Shown: in pieces, positions 23,371 to 36,875 of the stretch
How positions within the stretch are numbered: the stretch's first letter is position 1
Layout: each line of letters begins with the position of its first letter
Assembly (NCBI GenBank): GCA_028826165.1
Contig: JAPDFW010000058.1
Coordinates: 124,001 to 188,000 of the forward strand
Direction of reading: 5' to 3'
Length of the DNA: 64,000 bases
Source of the DNA: Anaeramoeba ignava BMAN
Lineage: Eukaryota; Protista; Anaeramoebae
Program-made: the position numbers and the translations under genes
The notes under the pieces: generated by a model
What the model was told of the DNA's origin: nothing
What the model saw: the letters and a program-made list of their open reading frames with translations, nothing else
Database searches by the model: none

Positions 23371-26300
23371 TTAAAAATTATCGTTATCATTATCATTATC
23401 ATCACTAAAATCAAGATCTTCCATTTCTTCTTGAACATTTTGAAATGGATCAAACTGTTGATTATTTTTACTTTCAAATGTATCCATTTCTTTTAAGTTA
23501 TCATTCAACAAATCATCCAAATTCAATTCTTTTGCAAATTCTGTAACAATTACTGATTCTGAATCTTCCTTATTTTGTTCTTGAACTGGTGGAATAGAAT
23601 AATAAATGATTTTTCCACGATTCCAATCACGAAGAACAATTCTTGCAGTTGATTCAATATCCAAATGTCCACCCTATTGATATTATTATTAAATATTATT
23701 ATTAAATATTATTATTAAATATTATTAAATATTATTATTATTAAATATTATTATTATTAAATATTATTATTATTATTAAATATTATTATTAAATATTATT
23801 ATTATTAAATAATATTATTATTAAATATTATTATTATTATTATTAAATATTATTAAATATTATTATTAAATATTATTATTAAATATTATTATTATTAAAT
23901 ATTATTATTATTAAATATTATTATTATTAAATATTATTATTAAATATTATTAAATATTATTAAATATTATTAAATATTATTATTATTAAATATTATTATT
24001 AAATATTATTATTAAATATTATTATTATTATTATTAAATATTATTATTAAATATTAAATATTATTATTAAATATTATTATTAAATATTATTATTAAATAT
24101 TATTATTATTATTAAATATTATTATTATTAAATATTATTATTAAATATTATTATTAAATATTATTATTATTAAATATTATTATTAAATATTAAATATTAT
24201 TATTAAATATTATTATTAAATATTATTATTAAATATTATTATTAAATATTATTATTAAATATTATTAAATATTATTATTAAATATTATTATTATTAAATA
24301 TTATTATTAAATATTATTAAATATTATTATTAAATATTATTATTAAATATTATTATTAAATATTATTATTATACAGTTAAAAATTTCTTTCTTCTTTTTG
24401 CTAAAAGTGAAAGAAAATCTTGAGTATCTTGAAATTCTGGAATATCATAAATATCCATTAAACTTTGCATAGTGCATTTATTAAGAATAGAAGTAACTGG
24501 AGTAATAGGATCATCTAATTTTTCAATTTTCACGGCATTATGAAGAACATCTGAATCTTTGTTATCTGCAGGATCATAATATATGATTCCTGGTGTATCA
24601 AGAAGTTTGATATTCTTATCTAAAGAAACATGTTGAATTGATTTTGTTAAACCTGGTGTTGATCCAACTTTGACTGATTTGACTCTTTTTAAACTATTAA
24701 TAACACTACTTTTCCCAACATTTGGTAATCCTATTAATCCAACAGTCATGGATTTCCTATTCCCTCCATAACTTTTACTTTTCATAATATTTTTTAATAG
24801 TGATATTAAAACATCTGCTCCAATTGTTTCATTTCCTTTTATTCTTATTTCGTTTATTTTCTGATTTTCATTTATTTTCTGATTTTCATTTATTTTCTGA
24901 TTTTCATTTGGTTTTGAATTTGTTAATTTTTCATTGATAAATTTGCTTAATTGTGATTTTTGTGATTTTTTCAAGTTTCTTTTTCCTTGTTTAAGATTTG
25001 ATTTTTGATTTTGTGTATTGCTTTTAAATGCAACTGTTGGGAAATAATTTCGAAGATATGAAACCCATTGAACAACTACTTGTTTAGGAACCAAATCTAA
25101 AAACAAAAAGGAATTTTTAATTTGATTTTGATTTTGATTTTAATTTGATTTTGATTTTGATTTTGATTTTGATTTTGAATTTAATTTTGATTTTGAATTT
25201 GAATTTAATTTTGATTTTGATTTTGATTTTGATTTTGAATTTAATTTTGATTTTGAATTTTGATTTTGATTTTGATTTTGATTTTGATTTTGAATTTAAA
25301 TTTGATTTTTAATTTGATTTTGATTTTAATTTTGATTTTGATTTTGATTTTGATTTTGATTTTGATTTTGATTTTGATTTTGATTTGATTTTGATTTTGA
25401 TTTTGATTTTGAATTTGAATTTTGATTTTGATTTTGATTTTGATTTTGATTTTGATTTTGATTTTGAATTTGATTTTGAATTTGATTTTGATTTTGATTT
25501 TGAATTTTGAATTTATAAATACCAATTTTATTTAGTAATAAAACTAAAATTTTAGATCTTTGATTTTGTAAAATTTCATTTTCAATTTTAATATTTCTTG
25601 TTCCAAGTGGATCTCTTGCATCTAAAACTTCAATAATTACATCAGCAATTTCTACAACCTTTAAAAGAAACAAAATTTATTTTAAATTTGATTTTAAATT
25701 TGTTTTTGAATTTTTAATTGAATTTGAAATTGATTTTGATTTTGATTTTTAATTTTTAATTGAATTTGAATTTAAATTTTGAATTTGAATTTAAATTTTG
25801 AATTTGAATTTAAATTTTGAATTTGAATTTAAATTTTGAATTTGAATTTGAATTTTAATTTGATTTGAATTTGAATTTGATTTGATTTTGAATTTTAATT
25901 TTAATTTTGAATTTGAAATTGAATTTAAATTTGATTTTATACTTTCTTAAACTCTTTCATATAAACATTTCTTCTTTTTTCATAATTTTCATTTTTTGTT
26001 AATTGATTTTCATTAAATTTATTAGTTTTTTCTAATGCTTCTTGTGCAAGTTTTTCAATAGAATTTTCAGAATTTTTTTCTGTTTCCATTTCAACATTAA
26101 TTGAATTAGATTTTTTTTTAGAATTTGAATTATTTTTATTTTTTAATTGATTTTCTAATTGATTTTCTAATTCTTTTTGATATTGAGTTAAATTAGGGAT
26201 TCCTAATCCTTTATTTTTCATTTTATAAAACTTTCCAACTATTTTTTATTTTTGAAAAATCAAATAATTTTTAAATTAAAAAAATTTTTTTCTTTTTCTT

Positions 26301-26428
26301 TTTCTTTTTTTAATACTTGAATTTGATTTTTGAAGTTTTAAAACTTTTTTCTTTCTCTTTAAACTGTATTTATTACGGTCTACTTCTTTATATTTTTTTC
26401 TTGTATTTTTATTTTTTCGATTTTTCAT
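23371..26428 (-). CDS. GNL3: Nucleolar circularly permuted GTPase (GNL3/nucleostemin/Nug1); exons 26428-26317, 26238-25943, 25658-25523, 25096-24375, 23673-23371
   Basis: [65 protein letters not shown]. All splice sites are GT-AG and in frame. Confidence 0.9.
23680..24370. repeat. Pure-AT intronic repeat ((TAT)n-TAAA units)
   Basis: Fills GNL3 intron 23674-24374. Confidence 0.9.
25120..25510. repeat. (TTTTGA)n intronic microsatellite
   Basis: GNL3 intron 25097-25522. Confidence 0.9.
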
Positions 26429-26633
26429 AAAAGAATAATTTTTTAAAAAAGAAAAAAATGAAAAAAATTAAAAATAAAAATAAAAATTAAAATAAAAATT
26501 AAAAATTAAAAATTAAATTAAAATTAAATGACGTAAGAAAATTAACAATCAAAATGTTAAAATTTTTCTGTTTATATTTTTTTTGAGGGCAAAAAATGGA
26601 ATTTTAATGGAAAAAAAATTTTTTTTAATTTAA

Positions 26634-28814
26634 TCAATTTTCTTTTGAAAAAAATAATCGATAATTTTCATTTATCCAAGGTTCATCTTTTTGGAAATTA
26701 TAATCATTAGGAGGAAATGTAAAAGGAAGTCCAATCAAACAATTATTCCAATTTTTTTCACTTGAAAAATTATTTAATAAAACTCCTACTTCATAATTAT
26801 TTATTTTGAAGAAAATTTCTTTTTCATTTCTATGAAGTTTTCCCCAAGAATTCTATTTTGAATTTAATTTTGAATTTTAATTTTAATTTTTAATTTTAAT
26901 TTTGATTTTGATTTTAATTTTAATTTTAAATTTTAATTTTAATTTTAATTTTGATTTTAATTTTAATTTTGATTTTAATTTTAATTTTAATTTTAATTTT
27001 AATTTTGATTTTGATTTTAATTTTAATTTTAAATTTAATTTTAATTTTGATTTTAATTTTAATTTTAAATTTAATTTTAATTTTAATTTTAATTTTAATT
27101 TTAATTTTAATTTTGATTTTGATTTTAAATTCAATTTTAATTTTGATTTTAATTTTAATTTTAATTTTAATTTTAATTTTAAATTTCAATTTTAAATTCA
27201 ATTTTAATTTTGATTTTAATTCTTTGAAAAAAATACAAATGTTAAATTATGTGATCCAAGATAAATATATCTCATATCATCAAATGTAGAGATGATAATT
27301 TGTGAATTTAGAAAAGCAGGATCATTTCCTCTTTTTTGAATTGAACAATCACAAAAAATTTTTTTTGGAAAATCTCTATTTTTCCATTTTCCATTAAAAT
27401 ATAAATATTCCCATCCTATTGATTGCATTCCCATTTTTAAAACTGAATCTAATTTGGGATATAAAATCCTGAAAATATCTAATTCTTGTAATTCGTTTAA
27501 AGACTTAATATTTTCAAAAGGAACTGATTGTAAATTTGAAGTTGAATTTTTATTTTGGAAAAGAAATTTATTTCCTGATGAACTTGAAATGAATTCAAGA
27601 ATCCAATTCAGATATGAGAAAGAATCCAGAATAGTGGATTGATAATAAATGAATTGTTCATGAGGAAGAGATTCTTCTTTTTTTTCTTGTATTTCTTCAC
27701 GAATTGGTGAGTTATCTGGAGATACATATTCTTCCTCCATTTTCTTTTTCTTAGATCGAGTTTTTATTTTTCTTTTACTTTTATGATATTCTTTTTTTTC
27801 ATCACTTGTAGTAATATATGATTTTGATTTTCGATTTAATTTCCCACTTTCATTTTGATTTTGATTTTGATTTTGATTTTGATTTTGATTTTGATTTTGA
27901 TTTTCATTTTCATTTTGATTTTGATTTTCATTTTCATTTTGATTTTGATTTTGATTTTGATTTTGATTTTTTTTTGTAATTGATAATATGATTTTCTTGA
28001 GTCTCATATGTCCATAATCCATCAAATGGGGTTCTCTCCAAATGCCAGGAACAGAAATAATAATCTGAGCATTTGCAGTTGAAAAATCAAAAGGGGAAAT
28101 GAATTCATGAATTAGTCTAGTTGCTTCACATTTATAGAGAAATTTGCTTAATTGAGTTTCAAAATCTGTATCTTCTACATCAAAAACATTCTTGTCCTTT
28201 TTCGGCAAGAAATCTTGGAACCAAATAACTTGGCGAATATTATACCAATCATCTTCTGTTAAATTCGCTGATGTTACAATTACTCTCAATTTCCTTTCAT
28301 AAATCAAAAGTATTAAATTTGCATGGAACCATTGATTTTGTTCCAAAGATGGGTGAAAAAAATAAACATTTGGATTCTTTTTCTCTTTCATTTCCCAATA
28401 GCCTTGATATTCAACTCCATTTATCCAGTGTTTAATTATATATATATTTTTGCATTTGGAAAAATTTGAATCAAGTATTTTTGATTCATATTTAAATGTT
28501 GTTATTAAAACCGATTCAAATTGATCGGGAATGATATTGTCCATCCAAATATTATTGTTTGAATAAATCTTCTTGTTCAATAAATTGTTGATAAAAAATG
28601 ATTTCCCTGAAGAATCAAGTAAAGGTCGAAATGGTTTTTTTATTAATTTAGTTTCATTATTTTCTTCATTGTTTTTTTCATTATTTTTTTCATTATTTTC
28701 TTCATTGTTTTTTTCTTCTTTTTGTTCTGTATTTTCTTGCAAATTTGTTTGAAGCGAAAGAAATATCGCTCTTTGTATTTCTAATGCTTCTTGTTCATCA
28801 AGATCTTTACTCAT
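26634..28814 (-). CDS. TDP1: TDP1-like (tyrosyl-DNA phosphodiesterase 1 fold) protein with N-terminal UIM and degenerate catalytic motifs; intron 26853-27236
   Basis: LRVIVTSANL, QVIWFQDF, IIISVPG, YGHMRL, YLGSHNLTF|NSWG, NNYEVGVL, LPFTFPP..Y...DEPW. UIM-like EQEALEIQRAIFLSL. Confidence 0.8.
26860..27220. repeat. (TTTTAA/TTTTGA)n intronic microsatellite
   Basis: Inside the TDP1-like intron. Confidence 0.9.
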
Positions 28815-28825
28815 AATTTTATTTT

Positions 28826-28910
28826 TGAAAAAAAATGAAAAATGAAAAATGAAAAATGAAAAATGAAAAATGAAAAATGAAAAATGAAAAATGAAAAATG
28901 AAAAAAATGA
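28826..28910 (-). promoter_or_regulatory. Tandem (TTTTTCA)n initiator-like motifs immediately upstream of the TDP1-like ATG
   Basis: About 10 copies of AAAAATG on the + strand read TCATTTT on the sense strand. The same motif precedes most genes in the window. Confidence 0.5.
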
Positions 28911-28978
28911 ATTTCCAAAAAATTTGGATTAAAAAATTTGGATTAAAAAAAAACGTATTTTCAAATTTTGATTTCATT

Positions 28979-30474
28979 TCAAAAAATTAAACAATTATTC
29001 TTTTTTTGTTCTTTTTCAATTTCAATTTTTTGAATAATTTGAATTAATCTTTCTGAATTTAATTGGAAATAATCAACACATTCTTTTAATTCTTCATAAA
29101 TTTTTTTCTTTTTGATTTTTGGAATATTATCAGTATAAAAAAAATGAATTAATGATTGAATAGTTTCTGTTTTTTTGTTACTGTATTCATGAACTGAATT
29201 TGATTTATCTTCACTTATATTAAACATTTCTCTAAATAATTCACTTCTGGTTATTAATATTATTTTATGAACTTTGATTTCTTGATTATTTGAAATAATT
29301 TGGAAATCTTTAGTTTCTTCTGAATTCATTAATATTTCTAAATCTTTTAAAAATAATTCAATTCCTATTTTGAATTCAATTTCACAAATATTTGAAAGTT
29401 TATTTTTCCATTCTTTGAAAATTGGTAAATCATCTGGATATAAAAATTTTCCAAAATAAATCCATTTTAATAAAATATCAACTTCTTTTTGAGAATTTTG
29501 AGATAAAATTGAATATAATTCATTTTTAACTTGATTTTCATTAATTTTTAATCTATTTTGAATAATTAATTTATGAACTGGAATTTTGATTTTATTAAGG
29601 GGATTTTTATCATCTTTACATTCAATTTCAAAATCACAAAATTCTTTTCTTTCAAATAATTTTTGGAAATCTTCTTTAATTGAATATTTGATTTGATTTT
29701 CATCTACATCAAGATTTTCCAAACTAATTTCTGTTAAATCTAAAAAAGCATTATCAATATTAAAACCAGTTTTAGCAGAAACTTCATAAAAAGGAATTTT
29801 TAATTTATCAGCAAATTCTTGTCCTTCTTCTTTTGATATAAATCTTTCATCTTCTAAATCACATTTATTTCCAATTAAAATAAATGGAATTTTTTTCTCT
29901 TTTTTTCCTTTTTCCATGAATCTTAAGATATCTTGATAATATCTTTTCATACATGAAAATGAAGGACAACTTGTAACATCATAAATTAATATAATTCCAT
30001 CAACATAGCTTAAATATTCTTAATAAATAAATTGATAAATAAATTGATAAATTAATTGATAAATAAATTGATAAATAAATTGATAAATAAATCAATAAAT
30101 ACTCATCATTGAATATCGATAAGCATACCTATCATCTAAAAAATATGTAAAAAGAATAAAAAGAATATTTAATTTTAAATTTAATTTTGATTTAATTTTA
30201 AATTTTGGAAAATCCAAAAAATTTTGTTTTTTATTTTTTGTTTTTTAAAATGAATAAAACCTTGAAATGGTTTAACAAATCTTAATAAAATTAAATCTCC
30301 TTCAATTTCAATTATTTTATGATTCAATTCATCATTCCAATCAAAAGGAAATGAATATTTAAATTTATCACAAATATATTTTGATAAAATATTTGATCTT
30401 CCAACATTACCACACCCAACTAAAAGAAAGTTTAAAACAAAATCAAATTCTTTTTCTTTTTCTTGTTTTTCCAT
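28979..30474 (-). CDS. Rab-like GTPase-BTB-BTB-CaaX fusion, copy 1 (degenerate G1/G3; ends CLIF)
   Basis: G1 GCGNVGRS, G3 lost, 33-nt microexon at ~30103-30135, NKCD, SAK, two BTB domains. Confidence 0.8.
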
Positions 30475-30609
30475 TTTATTAATTTTGAATTTTTAAAAAA
30501 ATGAAAAATGAAAAATGAAAAAAATAAATTTCCAAAAAATTTGGATTAAAAAATTTGGATTAAAAAATTTGGATTAAAAAAAAACGTATTTTCAAATTTT
30601 GATTTCATT

Positions 30610-32152
30610 TCAAAAAATTAAACAATTATTTTTTTTTTGTTCTTTTTCTTTTTCTTTTTCCTTTTCCTTTTCTTTTTCTTTTTCTTTTTCTTTTTCAATT
30701 TTTTGAATAATTTTAATTAATCTTTCTGAATTTAATTGAAAATAATCAACACATTCTTTTAATTCTTCATAAATTGTTTCATTTTCAATTTTTGGAAGTT
30801 CATCAGTATAAAAAAAATGAATTAATGATTGAATAGTTTTTGTTTTTTTATTACTATATTCATGAACTGAATTTGATTTATCTTGACTCACATTAAACAT
30901 TCCTCTATATAATTCACTTCTTGTTATTAATATTAATTTATGAACTTTGATTTCTTGATTATTTGAAATAATTTGGAAATCTTTGGTTTCTTCTGAATTC
31001 ATTAATATTTCTAAATCTTTTAAAAATGATTCGATTCCTGTTTCAAATTCAATTTCACAAATATTTGAAAGTTTATTTTTCCATTCTTTGAAAATTGGTA
31101 AATCATCTGGATATAAAAATTTTCCAAAATAAATCCATTTTAATAAAATATTAACTTCTTTTTGAGAATTTTGAGATAAAATTGAATATAATTCATTTTT
31201 AACTTGATTTTCATTAATTTTCAATCTGATTTGGATAATTAATTTATGAATTGGAATTTTGATTTTATTAAGAGGATTTTGATCATCTTTACATTCAATT
31301 TCAAAATCACAAAATTCTTTTCTTTCAAATAATTTTTGGAAATCTTCTTGAATTGAATATTTATTTTTGGGTTTTAATTGATTATTTTCATCAAGATTTT
31401 CCATAATATTTCTTGCTAATTCAAAAAAAGCATTATCAACATTAATATTATTTTTAGCAGAAACTTCATAAAAAGGAATTTCTAATTTATCAGCAAATTC
31501 TTGTGCATATTCTTTTGAAATTTGTCTTTTTTCTTCCAAATCACATTTATTTCCAATTAAAATAATTTGAACATTTTCATCTACTTTTTGTTTAATTGTT
31601 TTTATCCATTTTTTGATATTTTGAAAAGAAATTTCATCAGTAATATCATAAACTAAAAGAATTCCATGAGCTCCTCTTAAATAAGCTAAAATATATAATT
31701 TTAATTTTAATTTTAATTTTAATTTTATTTTTAAATTGATTTTTAAATCGAATTTTAATTTAAATTTTAATTTTAATTTTGATTTTAATTTTAATTTTAA
31801 TTTTAATTTTAAATTTAATTTACCTGTAGTAATTGTTTTAAAACGTTCTTTAATTATTTAATAAATAAATAAAAATTAATAAAAATAAAATTAAATAAAG
31901 TTAAATTTAAAATAAATTCAATTAAATTTATTTTAAAAACCTTGACCAGCTGTGTCCCAAATTTGTAATTTCACTTTTTGGTTTTCAATTTCTATTGTTT
32001 TTGTTTTAAAATCAACTCCAAGAGTTGTTATAAAAGAAGGGGAAAATGTATCATCAGCAAATCTTAATAAAATTTGTGATTTTTTTGTTTTGTTCCAGAA
32101 TCTCCAATTAATAACATTTTTAAAAGTAAATCATAATCTTGTTTTTTTCCAT
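30610..32152 (-). CDS. Rab-BTB-BTB-CaaX copy 2 (homopolymer frameshifts in exon 1; ends CLIF)
   Basis: WDTAGQ|ERFKTITT|AYLRGAHG via the 24-nt microexon 31824-31847. A-run indels at ~32085-32150. Confidence 0.75.
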
Positions 32153-32269
32153 TTTATTAATTTTGATTTTTGGAAAATGAAAAATGAAAAATGAAAAATG
32201 AAAAATGAAAAATGAAAAACGAAAAATGAATTTTGTTTTTGAATTAAAAACGTTTTTCAAATTGATTAT

Positions 32270-33720
32270 TCAAAAATTTTGTTCTTCTTTTTCTTCAATT
32301 TTTTGAATAATTTTAATTAATCTTTCTGAATTTAATTGGAAATAATCAACACATTCTTTTAATTCTTCATAAATTGTTTTATTTTCAATTTTTGGAATAT
32401 TATCAGTATAAAAAAAATGAATTAATGATTGAATAGTTTTTGTTTTTTTATTACTATATTCATGAACTGAATTTGATTTATCTTCACTTACATTAAACAT
32501 TCCTCTATATAATTCACTTCTGGTTATTAATATTAATTTATGAACTTTGATAATTTGATTATTTGAAATAATTTGGAAATCTTTGGTTTCTTTTGAATTC
32601 ATTAATATTTCTAAATCTTTTAAAAATGATTTTATTCCTCTTTTAAATTCAATTTTACAAATATTTGAAAGTTTATTTTTCCATTCTTTTAAAATTAATG
32701 AATTTGAATATAAAACTTTTCCAAAATAAATCCATTTTAATAAAATATCAACTTCTTTTTGAGAATTTTGAGATAAAATTGAATATAATTCATTTTCAAT
32801 TTGATTTTCATTAATTTTTAATCTATTTTGAATAATTAATTTATGAATTGGAATTTTGATTTGGGATTCATTTTGATCATCTTTACATTCAATTTCAAAA
32901 TCACAAAATTCTTTTCTTTCAAATAATTGTTTAAAATCATCTTGAATTGTATATTTGATTTGATTTTCATCTACATCAAGATTTTCCAAACTAATTTCTG
33001 TTAAATGAAAAAAAATATTATCAATATTAATATTATCTTTAGTAGAAACTTCATAAAAGGGGATTTGATATTCATCAGCAAATTCTTTTCCTTCTTCTTG
33101 TGATACTTGTCTTTTTTCTTCCAAATCACATTTATTTCCAATTAAAATAATTTGAACATTTTCATTTGTATTTTGTTTAATTTCTTGAATCCAATTTCCA
33201 ATATTTTCAAACGAATTTTCATTAGTAATATCATAAACTAACATAATTCCAACAGCTCCTCTATAATAAGCTAAAATATAAAATTTTAATTTTAATTAAA
33301 TTTTAAATAGTTTTATTAATTTTAATTTTGGAATTAATTTTAATTTTTATCTAAAAATATTTTTAAAAAGAATATAAAGAATATTTAATTAGTTTTTAAT
33401 TTTAATTTTAATTTTAAATTTACCTGAAACAATGTCAAAAATTTTGTTTTAATTTTTTAATAAAAAAAATAAAACCTCCATGAATTAAATTAAATTTAAA
33501 AAATTCAATTAAAATTTTAAATCTCCTTCAATTTCAATTTTTATTTTGATTATTTTCCCTTTTATTTCAATCTTAGGGAAATCAAAACAAAATGCATCTT
33601 AAAATCTTTATCATTACAATATTTTGATAAAATAGTTTTTATTCCAGCATTATAATATCCAACTAAAAGAAAGTTTAAAACAAAATCAAATTCTTCTTTT
33701 TCTTCTTTTTCTTTTTCCAT
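32270..33720 (-). CDS. Rab-BTB-BTB copy 3 (degenerate exon 1, no CaaX; possible pseudogene)
   Basis: Exon 3 is intact (AYYRGAVG...NKCD...STK...BTB). Exon 1 has G1 GYYNAG with indels, and the microexon acceptor is unclear. Confidence 0.65.
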
Positions 33721-33868
33721 TTTATTTAATTTTGAATTTTGAAAAATGAAGAATGAAAAATGAAAAATGAAAAATGAAAAATGAAAAATGAAAAATGAAA
33801 AATGAAAAATGAATGAAAAAAAATGAATGAATTTTGTTTTTTTTTGAATAAATTATTTTTTGGATTGA

Positions 33869-35341
33869 TTATTTTAGATTTTGTTCTTCTTTTTCTTTTT
33901 CAATAATTTTAATTAATCTTTCTGAATTTAATTGGAAATAATCAACACATTCTTTTAATTCTTCATAAATTGTTTCATTTTCAATTTTTGGAATATTATC
34001 AGTATAAAAAAAATGAATTAATGATTCAATAGTTTCTGTTTGTTTATTACTGTATTCATGAACTGAATTTGATGTATCTTGACTCACATTAAACATTCCT
34101 CTAAATAATTCACTTCTTGCTAACAATATTAATTTATGAACTTTGATAATTTGATTATTTGAAATAATTTGGAAATCTTTAGTTTCTTCTGAATTCATTA
34201 ATATTTCTAAATCTTTTAAAAATGATTCGATTCCTGTTTCAAATTCAATTTCACAAATATTTGAAAGTTTATTTTTCCATTCTTGAAAAATTGATAAATC
34301 TGAATATGAAACTTTTCCAAAATAAATCCATTTTAATAAAATATTAACTTCTTTTTGAGAATTTTGAGATAAAATTGAATATAATTCATTTGTAACTTGA
34401 TTTTCATTAATTTTCAATCTATTTTGAATAATTAATTTATGAATTGGAATTTTGATTTGGGATTCAGTTTCATCATCTTTACATTCAATTTCAAAATCAC
34501 AAAATTCTTTTCTTTCAAATAATTGTTTAAAATCATCTTGAATTGAATATTTGGGTTTTGGTTGAGGAATTAATTCCTTGTTTTCATCAAGATTTTCAAG
34601 AATATTGCTTGTTAAAGAATTAAAAATATTATCAATATTAATATTATCTTTAGCAGAAACTTCATAAAAAGGAATTTCTAATTTATCAGCAAATTCTTGT
34701 GCATATTCTTTTGAAATTTGTCTTTTTTCTTCCAAATCACATTTATTTCCAATTAAAATAATTTGAACATTTTCATTTGTATTTTGTTTAATTGTTTTTA
34801 TCCATTTTTCTTCAATATTTTGGAAAGAAGTTTCATTAGTAATATCATAAACTAAAAGAATTCCATAAGAGCCTCTATAATAAGCTAAAATATAAAATAA
34901 AATATAAAAAATAAAGATTTTAAAGAAAAATTTTAATTTTAATTTTAAATTTTTGATTTTTTTTAATTTTGATTTTTTTAATTTTGATTTTTAAGTTTTT
35001 AATTTTTTTTAATTTTAATTTTGCTTTAAAAACGTTCTTTAAATATTTAATTATTTAAAAAGAATAAAAATTAATAAAAAAAAATTCCTAAATTAAAATT
35101 AATTTAAATTTAAATTTAATTTAATTTAAAAACCTTGACCAGCTGTGTCCCAAATTTGTAATTTCACTTTTTGGTTTTCAATTTCAATTGTTTTTATAGC
35201 AAATTCAATTCCAATAGTTGCGACATGAGCATCATAAAATTTTTCATCAATATATCTTGTTAAAATATTTGATTTCCCAACTTTAGAATCTCCAATTAAT
35301 ACATATTTAAAAAGTAAATCATAATTTGATTTATTTTCCAT
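33869..35341 (-). CDS. Rab-BTB-BTB copy 4 (canonical G1-G5, no CaaX; microexon damaged)
   Basis: [27 protein letters not shown]; ends EEQNLK. Confidence 0.75.
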
Positions 35342-35392
35342 TTTATTAATTTTAAATTTTAAAAAAAATGAAAAAATGAAAAAAAATGAATT

Positions 35393-36824
35393 TCATAAAA
35401 TTAAACAAATACTATTTCCATTTGATTCTTTTTCAATTTCTTGTTCATTTTCTTCTTCAATTTTTCAATAATTTGAATTAATCTTTGTGAATTTAATTGA
35501 AAATAATCAACACATTCTTTTAATTCTTCATAAATTGTTTCATTTTCAATTTTTGGAATATTATCAGTATAAAAAAAATGAATTAATGATTGAATAGTTT
35601 CTGTTTGTTTATTACTGTATTCATGAACTGAATTTGATTTATCTTCACTTATATTAAACATTCCTCTATATAATTCACTTCTGGTTATTAATATTATTTT
35701 ATGAACTTTGATTTCTTGATTATTTGAAATAATTTGGAAATCTTTAGTTTCTTCTGAATTCATTAATATTTCTAAATCTTTTAAAAATGATTCAATTTGT
35801 GTTCCAAATTCAATTTTACAAATATTTGAAAGTTTATTTTTCCATTCTTTTAAAATTGATAAATCTTGATATGAAACTTTTCCAAAATAAATCCATTTTA
35901 ATAAAATATCAACTTCTTTTTGAGAATTTTGAGATAAAATTGAATATAATTCATTTTCAATTTGATTTTCATTAATTTTCAATCTATTTTGAATAATTAA
36001 TTTATGAATTGGAATTTTGATTTGGGATTCAGTTTCATCATCTTTACATTCAATTTCAAAATCACAAAATTCTTTTCTTTCAAATAATTGTTTAAAATCA
36101 TCTTGAATTGAATATTTGATTTTATTTTTGGGTTGTAATTGATTATTTTCATCAATATTTTCAAGAATATTCCTTGTTAATTCTAAAAAAGCTTCATCAA
36201 TATTAGTATTATCTTTAGCAGAAACTTCATAAAAAGGAATATCTAAATTATCAGCAAATTGTTTTCCTTTTTCTTTTGATACTTTTCTTTTTTCTTCTAA
36301 ATCAGATTTATTTCCAATTAAAATCATTTGAACATTTTCATCTGCATACTTTTTGGCTTCTTTAATCCAATTTTCAATATTTTGGAAAGATTTTTCATTA
36401 GTGATATCATAAACTAAAACAATTCCATAAGTTCCTCTATAATAAACTAAAATATAAAAATCAATCAATTTTTTAAATTTTTTTGAATTTTTTTTTGGAA
36501 TAAAAGGAAAGAACCTGGAGTAAGTGATCTAAAACGTTCTTTAATGAATAAAATTTCAATTAAAAATTTATTGATAAAATAAATTCAATTAAATTTAATT
36601 TAAAAACCTTGACCAGCTGTGTCCCAAATTTGCAATGTTATTATTTTCCCATTGATTTGAATTTTTTTCACTTTAAAAAATGCTCCAATAGTTGTATTTG
36701 GAGAACTTGTTCCAAAAGTATGACAATATCTTGTTAAAATACTTGTTTTTCCAACAGAAGTGTCTCCAATTATAATAAATTTAAAAAGTAAATCATATTC
36801 TTTTTCTTTTTCTTTATTTTCCAT
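35393..36824 (-). CDS. Rab-BTB-BTB-CaaX copy 5 (CLIL-stop reached after a 1-nt shift near the end)
   Basis: GDTSVGKT and WDTAGQ|ERFRSLTP|VYYRG. TGT TTA ATT TTA TGA at 35407-35393 lies in an alternate frame. Confidence 0.8.
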
Positions 36825-36875
36825 TTTATTTAATTTTGAAATGAAAAATGAAAAAAATGAAAAATAAAAACGTAT

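Noticed and set aside
20582-28814. PBZ-ART gene and TDP1-like gene as a functional DNA-repair cluster
   Set aside because: They are separated by the unrelated GNL3, and proximity is weak evidence in a eukaryote without synteny data.
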